This document shows positions 38,249 to 51,702 of a stretch of 64,000 bases of DNA, one piece after another. The translations under genes and the position numbers were made by a program. Origin of the DNA: Veleropilina oligotropha (lineage: Eukaryota); NCBI GenBank assembly GCA_048128005.1, contig JBEUKZ010000125.1, forward strand, positions 434,001 to 498,000. Direction: 5' to 3'. Each line of letters opens with the position of its first letter. The stretch's first letter is position 1. The notes beneath the pieces were generated by a model. The model saw nothing but the letters and a program-made list of their open reading frames with translations, was not told the origin of the DNA and made no database searches.

Positions 38249-39262
38249 GAGCGGAGGAAGCAGACTCGCGTCCCCGCACGAAGCCCAATCTCGTAAGTTG
38301 ACAGTACAACAGGAGAAAGTGCAGTGTCTTGCACGAGGTATAAACTGCATCCGCCCGGTGTATATACCTGATGTATAAACAGCCACAGAGATATATCTTG
38401 GACTTTTGATTCCGCAGACATTAACAGTAGTGGGTTCGAATCTCGCCTGATACATGACATTATCTGTACAATTATGAATTGCTGCTGTTCGTATCTGGTA
38501 GCAGAGGGTGGGTTTCCCCGTGTGACCAGTCTTTACTCCCGCGATTATATGGACACGTCCGGCTTTGAAACCGATGCTTGTAAATATACAGCATGGATCC
38601 TTTCCTTTCCATTTGGATACACCGGGATGAATTAAATCAGGTTTGACCCCGTAAATCAGAATAGCCAGAACAGTCTAGAAAGATATGAATCGGGTCACCA
38701 CCACCGTCTTCACCCAGATTTCTTATCCGCTGGGACCGGTACCGATTGTGGATGGGGCTCCATAGTTCGAGTAGTCCACAAGTGCCCGTGACAAGCCATT
38801 TTTTCCGTCGTTCCTCCCGCGATAATATGTACATGGCCTGGTATGTCCCAAAGTGCTGATCCAATCCAACCTTGCTGCATGTTGAATAACAGAAAATATA
38901 TCCTTCATTTAATCATGGGGCAAAGGTTAGGGGTACGGACTGTATGAGAAACTCAACCGAAAATTGTCCTTATTTTAAACATCTGTCCATCAGTCAACAG
39001 ATGTTCTCTAGCAGTTCTTTCCATTCATTAAAGCCAAACTTTATCTTGTGCAAAACGTGTCGACTATTATGCTAATATATCTCACCATTTTCTAGTCTAA
39101 TGAAAAATGAGAGTGTTCGGAGACAAATTTGATGTTTAAAACGTAATGCCCCACCTTCAGAATCGTATTTACCATTATTTTACTCTTTCATGACAAGTGT
39201 GTGTCTTGGAATACTTATTTCTTTGATTATTCAGAAAAGAATGTTCACGTAAATAATTTCAA

Positions 39263-39519
39263 GGAGGAATGATGCTTAATGTCCTGTATATTTACAACAT
39301 CGAGGTTCAAGGCAGGACATGTCCTTGTTATCGCGGGAGGAAACCCCGGTCGCCCGGGTAACCCGCCCTCTTCGGCCAGTCACGGACAACTGTGATTCAT
39401 AACTTGAACAAATGTCAATGCCTCAGCCAGGTATTGAACCCACTACTGTTCGCATTAGCAGAATCAAGCCAGTGAATTTAGAGTGGACACTCTACCCACT
39501 GCGCTGCCGAAGTGGCCTC
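39263..39519 (-). mobile_element. tRNA-derived SINE, same family as 5602-5865
   Basis: Full length; 12-bp TSD AAATAATTTCAA. Confidence 0.87.
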
Positions 39520-39989
39520 AAATAATTTCAAAGCATCAGCCCTTCTATATAATAATGTAAGGGAAGTAACTCTAATCATTTAAAGACCGCATTTACAATT
39601 TGCTAGTTATACTACTGACAAGAAAGGCAATACGAGGTGATCATCATATGAGACATGACATCTTCTGATAACATTCAGGTAACAGCATGGTGAGCTCTCT
39701 TTTAGATCTACTAAAATTGTGATTGAAATCTCTCTCTCTATATATATATGGTGTATACACAGCAGTAATGCACAATGAAATCAGTGGCATATCTAGACGT
39801 ACATAACTTATTCTTTGCTCTATTTATTTTTGTGTAAAAATATTGATAAACTAGAAATGAGTCCATAGCGAGTTACTTGCATGCAAATACTGGTTTATGG
39901 GACGGGGGCATAAAACTATATTATTCATACTCTAAAAAACCCAGCGAATGTTCCCTCAATAGTATATTTTTTCCCCATGATGCCTTAAT

Positions 39990-40792
39990 GTGGTAAAATG
40001 GTCTGTGGATTGGTAAATGCTTTTCAACACCAGTAAATGTAAAGTAATGCATGTGGGTTATAACAACAATATCTATAATTATGAAATTGGTTCAGAAACT
40101 TTACAAGTGGCCAAAGAAAAATATTTGGGTGTATGGTTAGACAAGCCATTCAAACCATCAAATCAATGTGCAGAGTCAGCCAAAAAGGGAAATCAAATAT
40201 TAGGAATGATAAAGAGAAACTTTAATTTTAAATCTAAAGCCATCATAACTCACCTATACAAGAAAATGGTTAGACCGCATTTAGAATATGCAGTGCAAGC
40301 ATGGTGTCCATATCTTGCAAAGGATATCAATATTCTAGAAGAAGTTCAAAGAAGAGCCACAAAATTGATAGGAGAATTAAGGGAATTACCATATGAGGAC
40401 AGACTAAGAGCACTGAACCTCACAACATTATCTTTGAGAAGGATAAGAGGTGATATGATTCATGTGTTTAAAATGTTTACAGGAAAAGACAACGTTGATA
40501 ATAGTTTCTTTTTTCAAATGAACCAAATACATACCAGGGGCCATCAATACAAGATTTACAAAAAGCGATTCTGACTTGACGTTATAAAACACTTTTTCTC
40601 AAATCAGGTTGTCGATGAATGGAATGCTCTTCCTAATAATGTCGTGGAATCGGCATCTGTAAACCAATTTAAAAATCGCCTAGATTAGCATTTTAAGAAG
40701 CAGGGCAGGTTATAGAGGACAAGACAACTTCAATGGGTTTTTATATGAGTGACAGTAATGCGCTCTCTAAACCCAAACAAATTCTATTTAAT
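39990..40792 (+). pseudogene. 5'-truncated CR1-group LINE (ORF2 C-terminus plus 3' UTR)
   Basis: FNTSKCKVMH, EKYLGV, VRPHLEYAVQAWCP, VQRRATK, RRIRGDMI, TRGH, FFSNQVVDEWNALP; in-frame stops. Confidence 0.88.
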
Positions 40793-41614
40793 CTACACAT
40801 GATCAGATGGCTAGATGCCCGTGGAAAGCACCCCAATATGGGTCATCAATGGGAAAACATCCTATGATAATGATATCGAGTATTTTCAAAGAGAGTAAGA
40901 TAAAATTTCTTTGACTCGGCAGATATGAGTCGAGTTTGCATGATTACAGTACTTGTAACAGCAGGCTCACATTTCAAATTTAATAGGAATTTAAATAAAA
41001 ATGAAAATAGTTGTGAAATTCAAATTGAAAACTATCTAATCTTTTTCAATTGGTAATCTGGTGCTATGACTACAAATGCATGATTACCGGTACATGTTTT
41101 ACCATGAATATATAGATTTACATAATGTCATGGTCAAATATTTAAACCTAAAACTCTGAAATAGTCATTACTCATCATTTCAATATCTTGTTGTACAGGG
41201 CTCAAATAATATTTTATCTAGTAGATAACAACACATCTACAATTATAATATACCATAACCGATGTTTCATTATGAACCATATACCATGGAATATCTCTCA
41301 GCTGGTCATTTATACAACATGTATATGATGTGTATCTCAAAGAATTACACCAAAACAGCTCATTATCTCTGTTCAAAACAATAATAGTTTATAATAGACG
41401 TTGTGCAAATTAACACTGTAACATGTTTTTTTTATCAAACTACATGGGACTACATGGGACATCATTTAGGAAAATCAAACATCTCGCCAAATGAAAATAA
41501 TTGATTTATTCCAATGCCAATAATATGCATTACAACAATAATGTGTTTTTCTGTTTATATACATTTGAACAAAATTCTGACATTGCACAGTTTCAATAAC
41601 GAATATTTAAGTCA

Positions 41615-41874
41615 TTAACTATTGTGGATTTTCTTACTAACATTGTTTTTAAAAAATATATTGCAAAATTTGGGTATGACTAAAACAATGACAACAATTA
41701 ACATGGCACACTTCAAAAATGAGAGAAAGTAGAATATGCCCACTGGAATTTGTGGAATCTTGTATATTTCAGTCAGCTGTGTTGTAATAAGGGATAAAAC
41801 TAGGCAGCAAAGCCTGCAGGGATATGACTGCTTTCCAGGTGACTTGGGGTATATCTTCAATGCAATGCCCAAAC
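41615..41874 (-). CDS. G6PC: Glucose-6-phosphatase catalytic subunit, last coding exon
   Basis: CAG acceptor; (G)LGIALKIY...RLCCLVLSL...IFYFLSFLKCAM...VIP matches the G6Pase C-terminus; stop at 41615. Confidence 0.88.
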
Positions 41875-43001
41875 CTGAAAGGGATAAATTGACCACACAT
41901 ATTAGTAAGGCATTAATGAGCAATATGACTCACGATGTATTCATAAAGAAAATTATAAGCGCATGCGTGATAATTAAATATGGTGCGCATGCACTTAAAA
42001 TAAATGTCAGAACGAATAGATACTATTAAATTAAATATACATGTTTTCTAGCTAGTAATATGAGCTGTTTTCTTTAGGGTTGGGTATATTTTCTATGGGC
42101 ATTAGGGTCATGGTAAATATAACAGTAAGCGCGGTTCCCTAATCGTTTGAAATATCGAAACGGTTATTGGTTTCTATTCAGGAGACAATAGCCCCCCCCC
42201 CAAAAAAAAATAGTGTATTTATCTTAAAGACAGTCACAATGAAGATAGAGCTGGTTTGTCGTCAACCACCACTAGTTTATTTTATATTAAACTATTGTTG
42301 TGACATCATCCTGTTGTCTTGGGAGTCCAATATTTTAAGAATGGATCGCTTTGAGTGGCGGAAGCCAATATGTTGACAATGGGTAACAATGACGCGATCC
42401 AATATGTTGACAACGGATAACAATGACGGAATTAAGAGGCAAACAGCAATTTTGCTTTATCATATGTCAATGAATGGTATCTTTTATAATCCAGGTAAAC
42501 GAAGAATATGATACTTCAAATTCCATTAAATACATCCACACGTGTAATACATCCAGAATGTTATAATCAAACTTAAATCGACAACATTGGTCGAAATGAT
42601 TCAGCAGCGCTCGCATAAATATCCGAATTGTTTGCGATAAATTTTTGCCGTTGCTGTCTGCCTTTCAACTGCCCACTGAACTATGTAGATGAAATGAATT
42701 TCACGTGCGAGGTCAGTCCAAACGAGCCAGATTTTCCCACAAAATGAGTGCAGTCTAATATTAATACAATAGCCTATCACTTTAACAATGAAACAATTAG
42801 CTCGCCGCGGACGATGCAAAAACGCAGTTCAAACAAGCTGACTTCATTATTAAAATTTGCAACTAAATATTTTATTTCATAGCTGTTAATATTAATACTG
42901 AAGTCGTGTTATTTCGGCATATCAATATTATTCAAATAATAAAACGATATGATAAGACAAAACACAAATTATTATTCAAATGGGAAACAAAATTTTAAGT
43001 C

Positions 43002-43085
43002 AGACGATCCATTGTTAAAAATATTGGTCCGGCCTCGGCGCTATCACACCTTGACCAGCCCATTACTTTTACGAATGGATCGTCT
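43002..43085. repeat. Degenerate long palindrome, probable end of another Crypton-like element
   Basis: AGACGATCCATT...CCTCGG...AATGGATCGTCT. Confidence 0.45.
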
Positions 43086-43136
43086 TTTGGCTTATATCTA
43101 TTACTTATACACATAATTTGATTTGCCTTTTCTTAC

Positions 43137-43379
43137 CAAGTATACTGGCAGCATCTCTGACTAGAATGTAGAATAGAGTTGTGTCGAGATGGACCCATTT
43201 CGGCTGCGCACACCACTTCTGCGCTTTAGCCACAGACCACAATGGATCGAGCCCCAGTTTCTGAATGATGAAGTAGGTTCCGACGGCAACAACCAATGAA
43301 ATGGCAGAGCACAAGCAATGATCTCGGAACGTTAATGACGATGTAGATATGTTTCTGCAAATAACGGCAAGTAAGATAC
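43137..43379 (-). CDS. G6PC: Glucose-6-phosphatase exon (243 nt)
   Basis: AG/GT bounded, phases fit the neighbouring exons; GLDPLWSVAKAQKWCAQPKWVHLDTTLF is the G6Pase WC.P.WVH.DTT signature. Confidence 0.95.
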
Positions 43380-44148
43380 CTGTAAAGAGAGAGTACCGAA
43401 ATATGGTCAGAGAAAAGTGATGGATCGAAGGATGGATTGATGCTTAATATCCAGTATATTTACAACCATCAGGTTTAAGGTAGGACATGTCCATATTATC
43501 GCAGGAGGAAAGACCGGTCATCCGGTAAAACCCACCCTCTCTGGTCAGTTATTGCAACTGTGATTGATAACTGACCAAAGAATGTTAATACCCCAAACGA
43601 TATTCGAACCCACTCCTGTCAGTTAGCTCAATCGAGCCAGTGATTTCAAAGCCAATAAATAACTAAGATGGTTGCGCAAGCTCAATCAAACTGCAACCGA
43701 CACTCTGGATAGGTATCTATTAATACGTTATACAACTAGTAATGAATACATCATATTCCCTATTTGAATTGGTCTCAGTGTAGGTGAGGCCAGTTACTTT
43801 AGTCTTATGACTACATTTTGGCAATTTTTCAGTTAACTGAACAAATAGTGCCTCAACGAGGGTTCACACTCAGTCCTGTCAATCACAGGAGTCAAGGAAA
43901 CAAATTGGGAACCACGCTGTTATCTATAACATGAACGTATGACACTGATAATCAAATAAACTATTTCAAACAAATGTGTTTTATGAAAAATACATAGATT
44001 CGAATCAATGCTTATCGTCCTGTTTATTTACAACATTCAGGTTTCAACAAGGACACGTACATATTATTATCGCGGGAGAAAAGCCTGGTCGCACGGGAAA
44101 CCCACCCTCCCACGACCTGTTATGAACAACTGTGCCTGCAATTAAACA

Positions 44149-44671
44149 AAGAATGCCAATGTTTGACAGAGATGTCAAGCTAGTGAATTCAGTCTGAAGA
44201 ATGCAAATGTTTGACAGAGATGTCAAGCTAGTGAATTCAGTCTGAAGAATGCCAATGTTTGACAGAGATGTCAAGCTAGTGAATTCAGTCTGAAGAATGC
44301 CAATGTTTGACAGAGATGTCAAGCTAGTGAATTCAGTCTCAAGAATGCCAATGTTTGACAGAGATGTCAAGCTAGTGAATTCAGTGTCAAGAATGCCAAT
44401 GTTTGACAGAGATGTCAAGCTAGTGAATTCAGTCTGAAGAATGCCAATGTTTGACAGAGATGTCAAACTAGTGAATTCAGTCTGAAGAATGCCAATGTTT
44501 GACAGAGGTGTCAAGCTAGTGAATTCAGTCTGAAGAATGCCAATGTTTGACAGAGATGTCAAGCTAGTGAATTCAGTCTCAAGAATGCCAATGTTTGACA
44601 GAGATGTCAAGCTAGTGAATTCAGTCTGAAGAATGCCAATGTTTGACAGAGATGTCAAGTTAGTGAATTCA
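44149..44671. repeat. 48-bp minisatellite, about 11 copies, inside the tRNA head of a minus-strand SINE (about 44003-44718)
   Basis: Unit AAGAATGCCAATGTTTGACAGAGATGTCAAGCTAGTGAATTCAGTCTG; SINE body on the left and SINE 5' end on the right. Confidence 0.9.
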
Positions 44672-44756
44672 GAGTCTGAACTCTTTCAACTCGAAATCAC
44701 ACGGCTATCAGAGCGGCCAAAATAAATCGTCATTTTATTTCAATACTAATACCTAC

Positions 44757-44875
44757 CGACAATTATTCCGGCAATGATCTGATGTGGAAAGTGGGTCGCT
44801 ATAAAACAGCGTGATATACCAACGACCAGCAGGAGCATAAGATACAGACACCAGAGGCAAATACTGATGGGTGTC
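44757..44875 (-). CDS. G6PC: Glucose-6-phosphatase exon (119 nt) with the catalytic His
   Basis: SRCFIATHFPHQIIAG is PAP2 motif SRx5HxxxQ; TAG acceptor, GTAGGT donor. Confidence 0.96.
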
Positions 44876-44926
44876 CTACAAGACAAACGGTACAGTTCTA
44901 TTATATGCTGGAGTAGATTAGAGGTA

Positions 44927-46616
44927 CAGTACCAGTCAAAAGATTGAGTACACCCACTGAAAACAATAATATTTGATATTTGATCAAGTTTTATTCCACA
45001 TAGCGTACAGTACGGTAATCATTTAAAAATGCATATAAACACTCATATATACCGTCAAATCCATGAATAACAAAGAAATGTTCAAGAAACTTGACAAATT
45101 TTTATATATCTCTGATTCCTCAAAATACTGAACAATTGCATGCGCAGCAAAAAAATTATATTTCGAATCCCAAATTAGCAAAAGAGTCTGAATTGTGTGC
45201 AACTATGTGTTATATCACAGTCAAATGTATCTCTTTGTGTATATATATATATGCACTTTGTGTTCAATCAAACATGTCCTCTTCCATTGAATCACAGTTA
45301 ATCGTATAAACAAGTGTGAGTTCACGTAAACAATATATTTAACACACTTCTTATTAATGATTATAATGGTGTTCTAAAATCGCCAAAACATTCCAAATAA
45401 GTAATGAAAAAGGACAGTCTGTACTTAATTTGAGAAATGAATGTCAATCGTGCACAAATTTGCAAATGTCTGTCACTACACGGCCAAAACCCTAAAACGG
45501 TTAGTACAAACAGGTAGTCGTGAGGACCGCAAGACGTCAGGCAGATCAAGAGGGAGCCCCAAATCTGAAATCAAGTTCATTCGAGTCACAAGTCTCCGAA
45601 ACTTGCAATTGACTGCTCCTGTAATGCAAGATTAGTTAAATGCACCAGAAGTATTGATGCTTCGACATCCACTGGTCAGAGGAGGTTGCGTGATGCTGAC
45701 CGGACAGGATAAATTGAGGCAAAGAAAGCACTACTGAGAGTTATAAATATAAATACTACCGGGTAGTTATATAGTTATAAATACTAGTACGAAGAAATGA
45801 TTTTTCTGTGCGAAAAACACAGGAACTGGACATATGGCGAGTGGAAACAGTCTTATGGCCGGACGAGTCAAAATCTTAAATATTTGGATCAAACCGCAGA
45901 GTGTTTGTCAGATGCAGAGAGGGTGAGCACCTGAGTTGTAGGTGTTGTTCCCTTTGTCAAACACGGGTGAGACAGCATTGTGGTCTGGAGATGTTTTGCG
46001 AGGAAAGTTAAAGTGATCTGTATCGTGGGTCATTGTATCATCTACCAACATGACCGCCATGTGCAGCATACTGCCGAGACATGCCACTCCATCAGGATAA
46101 CGGCTAGTATGGCATTCATTTGTTTTCAAAAATACATCAACCCCAAATTACATCAAATTTGAGAAACAACTATATGATGAAAAGGGAGAATGGCGGACAT
46201 CTTAAAATATGACCTGACCTCTCCAGTCACCGGATCTCAATCCTATATTGTTAGTATGGGATGAACAGGACAGAAGAGGAAAGTGAAACAACTCACTAGT
46301 GGCACACATCTCGGGAAATTGCAGAAGGAAAGCTGAGAAGACGTATTGGGTTATTATCTCGCCAAACTTGTAAACCGAATGCCACGTACTTGTGAAACAG
46401 TTATCAAAGCCAAAAGGGGCTATTTCGAGATATCAAAGATTTATAGACATTTTGCAAGTTTGTGGCACACTTAATTCATATTCCTTGACATTTTAGTTGT
46501 TAAATCTGTTTATTTATACTTTAGATGTGCTAAGTATACTTTTTTGGAATAAAACTTTGTCAAATATGAAAAATCGTTGTTTTCAACGGGTGTACTCAAA
46601 CTTTTGACAGGTACTG
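44927..46616 (+). mobile_element. Decayed full-length Tc1-like DNA transposon
   Basis: TA TSD; ~29-bp TIRs CAGTACCAGTCAAAAGATTGAGTACACCC / GGGTGTACTCAAACTTTTGACAGGTACTG; transposase relics SGRSR, WPDESK, QSPDLNPI..VWDE with stops and frameshifts. Confidence 0.92.
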
Positions 46617-46957
46617 TAGGTCACGGCATCTGGTAGAAGAGGTTATTGTTTGATCCCTGGTATGTGTATATATTATGGGCCTCTGTTCACATCTTCGATC
46701 TATGCATTGGTTGTCAACTTTTTTTACGACTACTTTGGCAATTTTCAGCCATATCGCAGTCGGGACACCCGGTTTAAGGTCTCCTTCCAATCTAACCGAC
46801 ACACATGACGGATATGCCAATCTATTAATTTAAGCGTCAAAATAAGTCACCCGCTGGCCTCAAACCCTGGCTATCCTAACAGTCTTGATTTAGTGGCCAA
46901 CACATGAACCATTGAGACTGTTCAGTCGATCTATGGTTGGGACTTTGAAAGTCATAT

Positions 46958-47380
46958 AATAATAATACTCTGGTCTTATATAGCGCATTATTACGGTAGT
47001 GTCTCAATGCGCTGAACATTATTACCCCTGGTTATGGGCCTGTTCCACTCGATATGCCATCTCAACTCCCTCTGGGAGAATTACAGTCATTTACACGCGG
47101 GTAGCGCCATGACTTACATAACTGCCAACCAGGTACCCATTCAGATCGGCTGGGTGGACCGTGGCAAATATATGCTTATTTCATTGCCCAAGTGAAATTG
47201 TCGAGCTTTGGGGGCGAACCTGGGACTCTGTGACCAGAGTCCTGTGAACAACCCACTGAGCCATGATCGCACAACCCACTGAGCCACGACAGCACAACCC
47301 ACTGAGCCATGACGGCACAACCCACTGAGCCACAATGGCACAACCCACTGAGCCACAACGGTACAACCCACTGAGCCACG
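46958..47380 (-). mobile_element. tRNA-derived SINE with its A-box amplified as a 23-bp array (6 copies, 47248-47380)
   Basis: Minus strand TGGCTCAGTGG six times, B-box GGTTCGCCCCC, CCACCCAGC...AATGGGTACC body, (ATT)n tail. Confidence 0.75.
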
Positions 47381-47525
47381 ACGTATGCACTTTTATTGAC
47401 TGTAATGATCTCAAAGGGATTTGAGATAAAATATCCTGTGAAACAGGCCAATAACCAGTGAAGTATTTGTGAGGTTGTACCATTATGTATATATACTCAA
47501 CCAATAAAAAGCACACCCCACTGTT

Positions 47526-47805
47526 CAGGGTTCTGCCCAGAAAATCATGAGTGCCAGGTGGTAAAACCTTGAGTGCTGGGTGGTAAAATAGTAGTGCCGG
47601 GTGGTAAATGAAAATGAGTAAAATGTATACCTAAGTAGAAAATATGCTTGGAATATTTAAATCGATAACAATACATTTGGCATCTTTTGTTACATTTGCT
47701 ATATTAAAATGTCCAAATTCAATGTAAATGCAATGATAAAAAAGAAGATGCCGGGCGGCGAGTCATGAGTGCCGGGTACATGCGCCCACTGTGGGCAGAA
47801 CCCTG
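47526..47805. mobile_element. hAT-like MITE
   Basis: TIR CAGGGTTCTGCCCA / TGGGCAGAACCCTG; ACTGTT repeated on both flanks. Confidence 0.6.
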
Positions 47806-48854
47806 ACTGTTATAAAATTTCAATACACTAATTGTGACAATGTGTGAAAATTTAATGCAAGAAGACATTTCTCAGACATTAACTTTTTGTCTTCATTAAT
47901 GAACAAGAAGACAGCCCATCAATATCCCCCGCAAAGGTACATTCACAATTACTATGCATGTATACTTTATTTTTGTGTAGATACATTGGAATAAACATAG
48001 TGTCCTTGTTTTAAATAAAAATAAGGGCAATAACTTTGTCAATAATCTCCCCATAGCATTAAAATTAGCAAAAGCCACCAGATCACCAACTTCTTAAAAC
48101 ACTCATCAAATTTCATCAAGACATCTTGAGCGGTTTATGAGATATGCTCCGGAAAATAAATTTTTGCACGGGAGGATGGATGCGCGCGCACTCGGACGGT
48201 CTGCATTTTAATAACTCGTGCAAATTTTATTTGGCAGGGAATCAATTAATTCATCAAAAAAGCAAAGAAAGTTAGTGTAAGAAATGTTTTCTTGCAATAA
48301 ATTATCGCAGGTTGTTAGCGTAGTGAAATTATATAAACATGGGGAGTGCGTTTCTTGTTTGGTTAATTGTATGAGAACATGTGCTCAGCATGTGGATTAT
48401 ATACATATTATATTATATACATATACATGTGAATCTTTATAATATTAATGTTGGTTGTCAGAGGTGAAGGGTTGCCGGTGATTGCACCAGTAGACGAATT
48501 GAATCAACACCATCTTTATTATCCATCCATGTGATAACTCCCGAGTGCACTGCAGCCCGTTGACCTGCTAAACCTGACTGTTAAGGCAGTAGGAGTTATC
48601 TCCCATACATCATATCAATAGCAATACACTACTAGAGTAACTATCATGGGACCTTAATAAAAAGATCCGAAGAAATTAGAAATGCTTACTGTGAAAATCT
48701 TATACTCTGACTCCGAAATGCTGGATGTGATAATAAAATAATGCCAATTGCAATAGTTACACAATTCAAGTTCATGAACATGTATGTATATATCAGGTTA
48801 TATTTATTTCAGGAACATTAACTGATAATATATGCTATTAGATGTTACATGTAC

Positions 48855-48948
48855 CTTAGTGCAGACTTTGGCACAACATACTGGATGAAGGCAGACGTCA
48901 TCTCAAACAGAACGGCGGACGTGACCATGACATGACCGGATGGACTTC
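48855..48948 (-). CDS. G6PC: Glucose-6-phosphatase exon (94 nt)
   Basis: (G)SPSGHVMVTSAV is PAP2 motif PSGH; TAG/GT boundaries, phases fit. Confidence 0.95.
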
Positions 48949-49042
48949 CTAAGAATAAACTGAGAAATTAAGAACTTAAAAAGATCTTATATTGGTTACA
49001 AGCAATGCCATAATACAAACTTGTCTACTTATTTCGAATATT

Positions 49043-49303
49043 GGCCGCTTCGACATTACAGTGGTATCGGTTGTGGACTCCGAAAATCACTGACTTGATT
49101 CCGCTGACGAGAATAGTAGTGGGTTCAAACCTCGGCAGGGGCAGCACTCATTTGTTCAAATTATGAATCACAGTTGTTCGTAACTGGTCGAACAGGGCGG
49201 GTTTACCCGGGCTTTCCTCCCGCGATAATACGGACATGTCCTGCTTTGAACCAAATGATGGTTGGAAATATACAGGACATTAAGCATCGATCATTTCCTT
49301 TCC
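49043..49303 (+). mobile_element. tRNA-derived SINE (Meta-like family) in a G6PC intron
   Basis: GGTTCAAACC B-box; body homologous to the 5602-5865 family. Confidence 0.8.
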
Positions 49304-49321
49304 TATTTTGAATATTTATAC

Positions 49322-49431
49322 CTGGCCCAGTCTCGCATGTTAATCTGTATTGGTTCAATACAGGAGTGGTCTCCCCTTGATAAAGCAGTGTTTCATGGAC
49401 CCACCAGTATGGTCTCTCTCCATGCAGAATC
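49322..49431 (-). CDS. G6PC: Glucose-6-phosphatase exon (110 nt, equivalent to vertebrate exon 2)
   Basis: (W)ILHGERPYWWVHET...LTCETGP(G); CAG acceptor, GTATAA donor. Confidence 0.96.
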
Positions 49432-50986
49432 CTGTAATAAAAGTATACATATAGACTACAGCAAAATCAGATAAAACACAATACTATATTCACTCATAAT
49501 GACTATTGATTTAGCGGATTTAGTGGATTTAGCGGATTTAGTGGATTCACTACTTATTACAGTTCATAGAGTTAAAAGTCACAGTGCTCGCACAACAATA
49601 TGTATATGTTCTAGTATGCCTTTTCAGGCGCTTAGCAAGTAAATCATGGAAATCTGGTTGCAGATGTTTGCTTACGAGCCACGGTCCTGGCGATTTCTCT
49701 TGGTCAAGAAAATAAGCATATATTTGCATTGGTCCACTCAGCCGATCATGATGTGTACTTGAATAAATTATATTAAGTAACACTGCGACCCAACCATAAC
49801 TAGAACTGCTATCCAGAGGATAACTAATACCCCCCTCTCCGCGCCTCATATGTATTACACAAATTATCAATATAGAAGTCCAGTGAATAGTTGAACACAA
49901 AAAATAGATGTACGGACAAACGAACGGACAAACACGATAATTCCCTTGGGTTAGGAGAATTAGACCTGCTGCAAAATGATAAACGTGAACAGTATCTTAA
50001 AAGTAGTCTGTACAAAGATTTTGGCTGAAAGACATAACAGAAAGATCAAAGGTCATAACTTAAAGGTCAAACGTCATTCTGGGAAAAATCGCTCTAGGTG
50101 CACAACACCATGATGTACTGATCAAGTATGGAAAGTGTCAATGAAATATTCCCAGTAGGTTGAGAGGAGAACTCTGGAAAAGTTAATAAAAGACAATGTT
50201 TAGAAGCCCAGAGGTCACTATGTTAAAGGGGGTGTAATGGGGGGTTATCTTCACGCAATCACGTGAAAATAAAGCGCATTTCACGTTTTCATGCTATATT
50301 TATTTCAATTTCACATTTCACACATAATGTCTAACCTTAAATATGTGTAAATATTGATTATATTATAGTTGTAGTAAGCTTGGAATGTAGTCCATGGGCC
50401 AACTGATTGACTGGTGCCATATGTGGGTGCACTAAAATCCACTCTAACCATTCATGAAGGGTGGTAGACCATTACCAAAAATTATTGCTGGACATTCCAA
50501 CGGTGTAGCTTTTTTCTCTGGTAAAATCACTATATTCAGCAAATTGCACACTCAGAGGAAGTCCAGACATAGGCCTATGTTATAATATATCACATCGGGT
50601 TGACTTAATGCACAAGTCTTAGAAAAACCTATAAAAGGTTGCATTAATCATTTTGAACATTTGAACACTAGCCGATACGGAAACATCAAAAGAAAAACTA
50701 CATATCCAGCAAAAAGTTTATTCGACGACAAGGTCTACAAATATGTCAAAATGATCCATATAATCGTGAAAAAATGACCCAATCGGTTGAGCTACAAGCG
50801 AACGGGTGGCCACTTGCAGAAACTTGACACAAGAATGTTCTGATAGCTAATGAAACAGTGAAGAACGCATCACTCGATATAGTAACTGCTGAAACACATT
50901 GCCACTGATCATATTTAAAATTCACCTGACAAAAGCCTCAACGAGTTCCCTTGACTGGTGAAGATTAAGAAGACGACGTATTATAA

Positions 50987-51702
50987 GTTACATGGTTTGT
51001 TAGTGACCTAATATGGTATATACAGGGTGAGTAAAATTCATATCAGGCGAGAGCGAAGCTCGAGCCTGATATAAATTTTACTCACCCTGTATTAAATAGA
51101 ATTTGTTTGGGTTTAGAAAGCGCATTACTGCCACTCATATAAAAACCCATTGAGTTGTCTTGTCCTCTATAACCTGCCCTTCTTCTTAAAATGCTCATCT
51201 AGGCGACTTTTAAATTGGTTTACAGATGTCGATTCCACTACATTATTAGGAAGGGCGTTCCATTCATCGACAACCCGATTTGAGAAAAAGTGTTTTCTAA
51301 CGTCTAGTCGGAATAGTTTTTTGTAAATCTTGTATTGATGCCCCCGGGTATGCCTTTGGTTCATCTGAAAAAAGAAACTATTGTCAACGTTGACTTTTCC
51401 TGTAAACATTTTAAACACCTGAATATATACCATATTAGGTCACTAACAAACCATGTAACGAATATATCTTACCGACAACCTTTTTTTACACTTTAACCTG
51501 TCTAAACCGGTCACATTCCTGTGGTGTCGTCTGCGCGAACCTTTTTTGGCCGCCATATTGTTTATTGATTTGTATAAGGCACAGGGGCGATAACTCTATA
51601 CCGACCCTGTATGGCGGTGAAGTAACCCCATATGGATTTATAGAGTCGACACGTGATCGGTCTAACCCAATCACTATCGTGGAAACTTGTTGGAGGTAAG
51701 AT
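50987..51702. mobile_element. Non-autonomous Crypton-like element, palindrome interrupted by a LINE fragment
   Basis: Left arm 50987-51048; right arm 51064-51092 plus 51423-51459; centre CGAGAGCGAAGCTCGAG; body bounded by TATATCTTACC / GGTAAGAT. Confidence 0.65.
51093..51422 (-). pseudogene. Short 3' fragment of the same CR1-group LINE as 39990-40792
   Basis: VFKMFTGK...TRGHQYKIYKK..FRLDVRKHFFSNRVVDEWNALP and a matching 3' UTR. Confidence 0.88.

Noticed and set aside
44044..44658. 204-aa repeat protein (TSLSNIGILQTEF)n
   Set aside because: Open only because the 48-bp unit lacks a stop in that frame; it lies inside a SINE in a G6PC intron.
51423..51480. ICR of a miniature DIRS element
   Set aside because: Better explained as the distal right arm of a palindrome split by the LINE insertion at 51093-51422.
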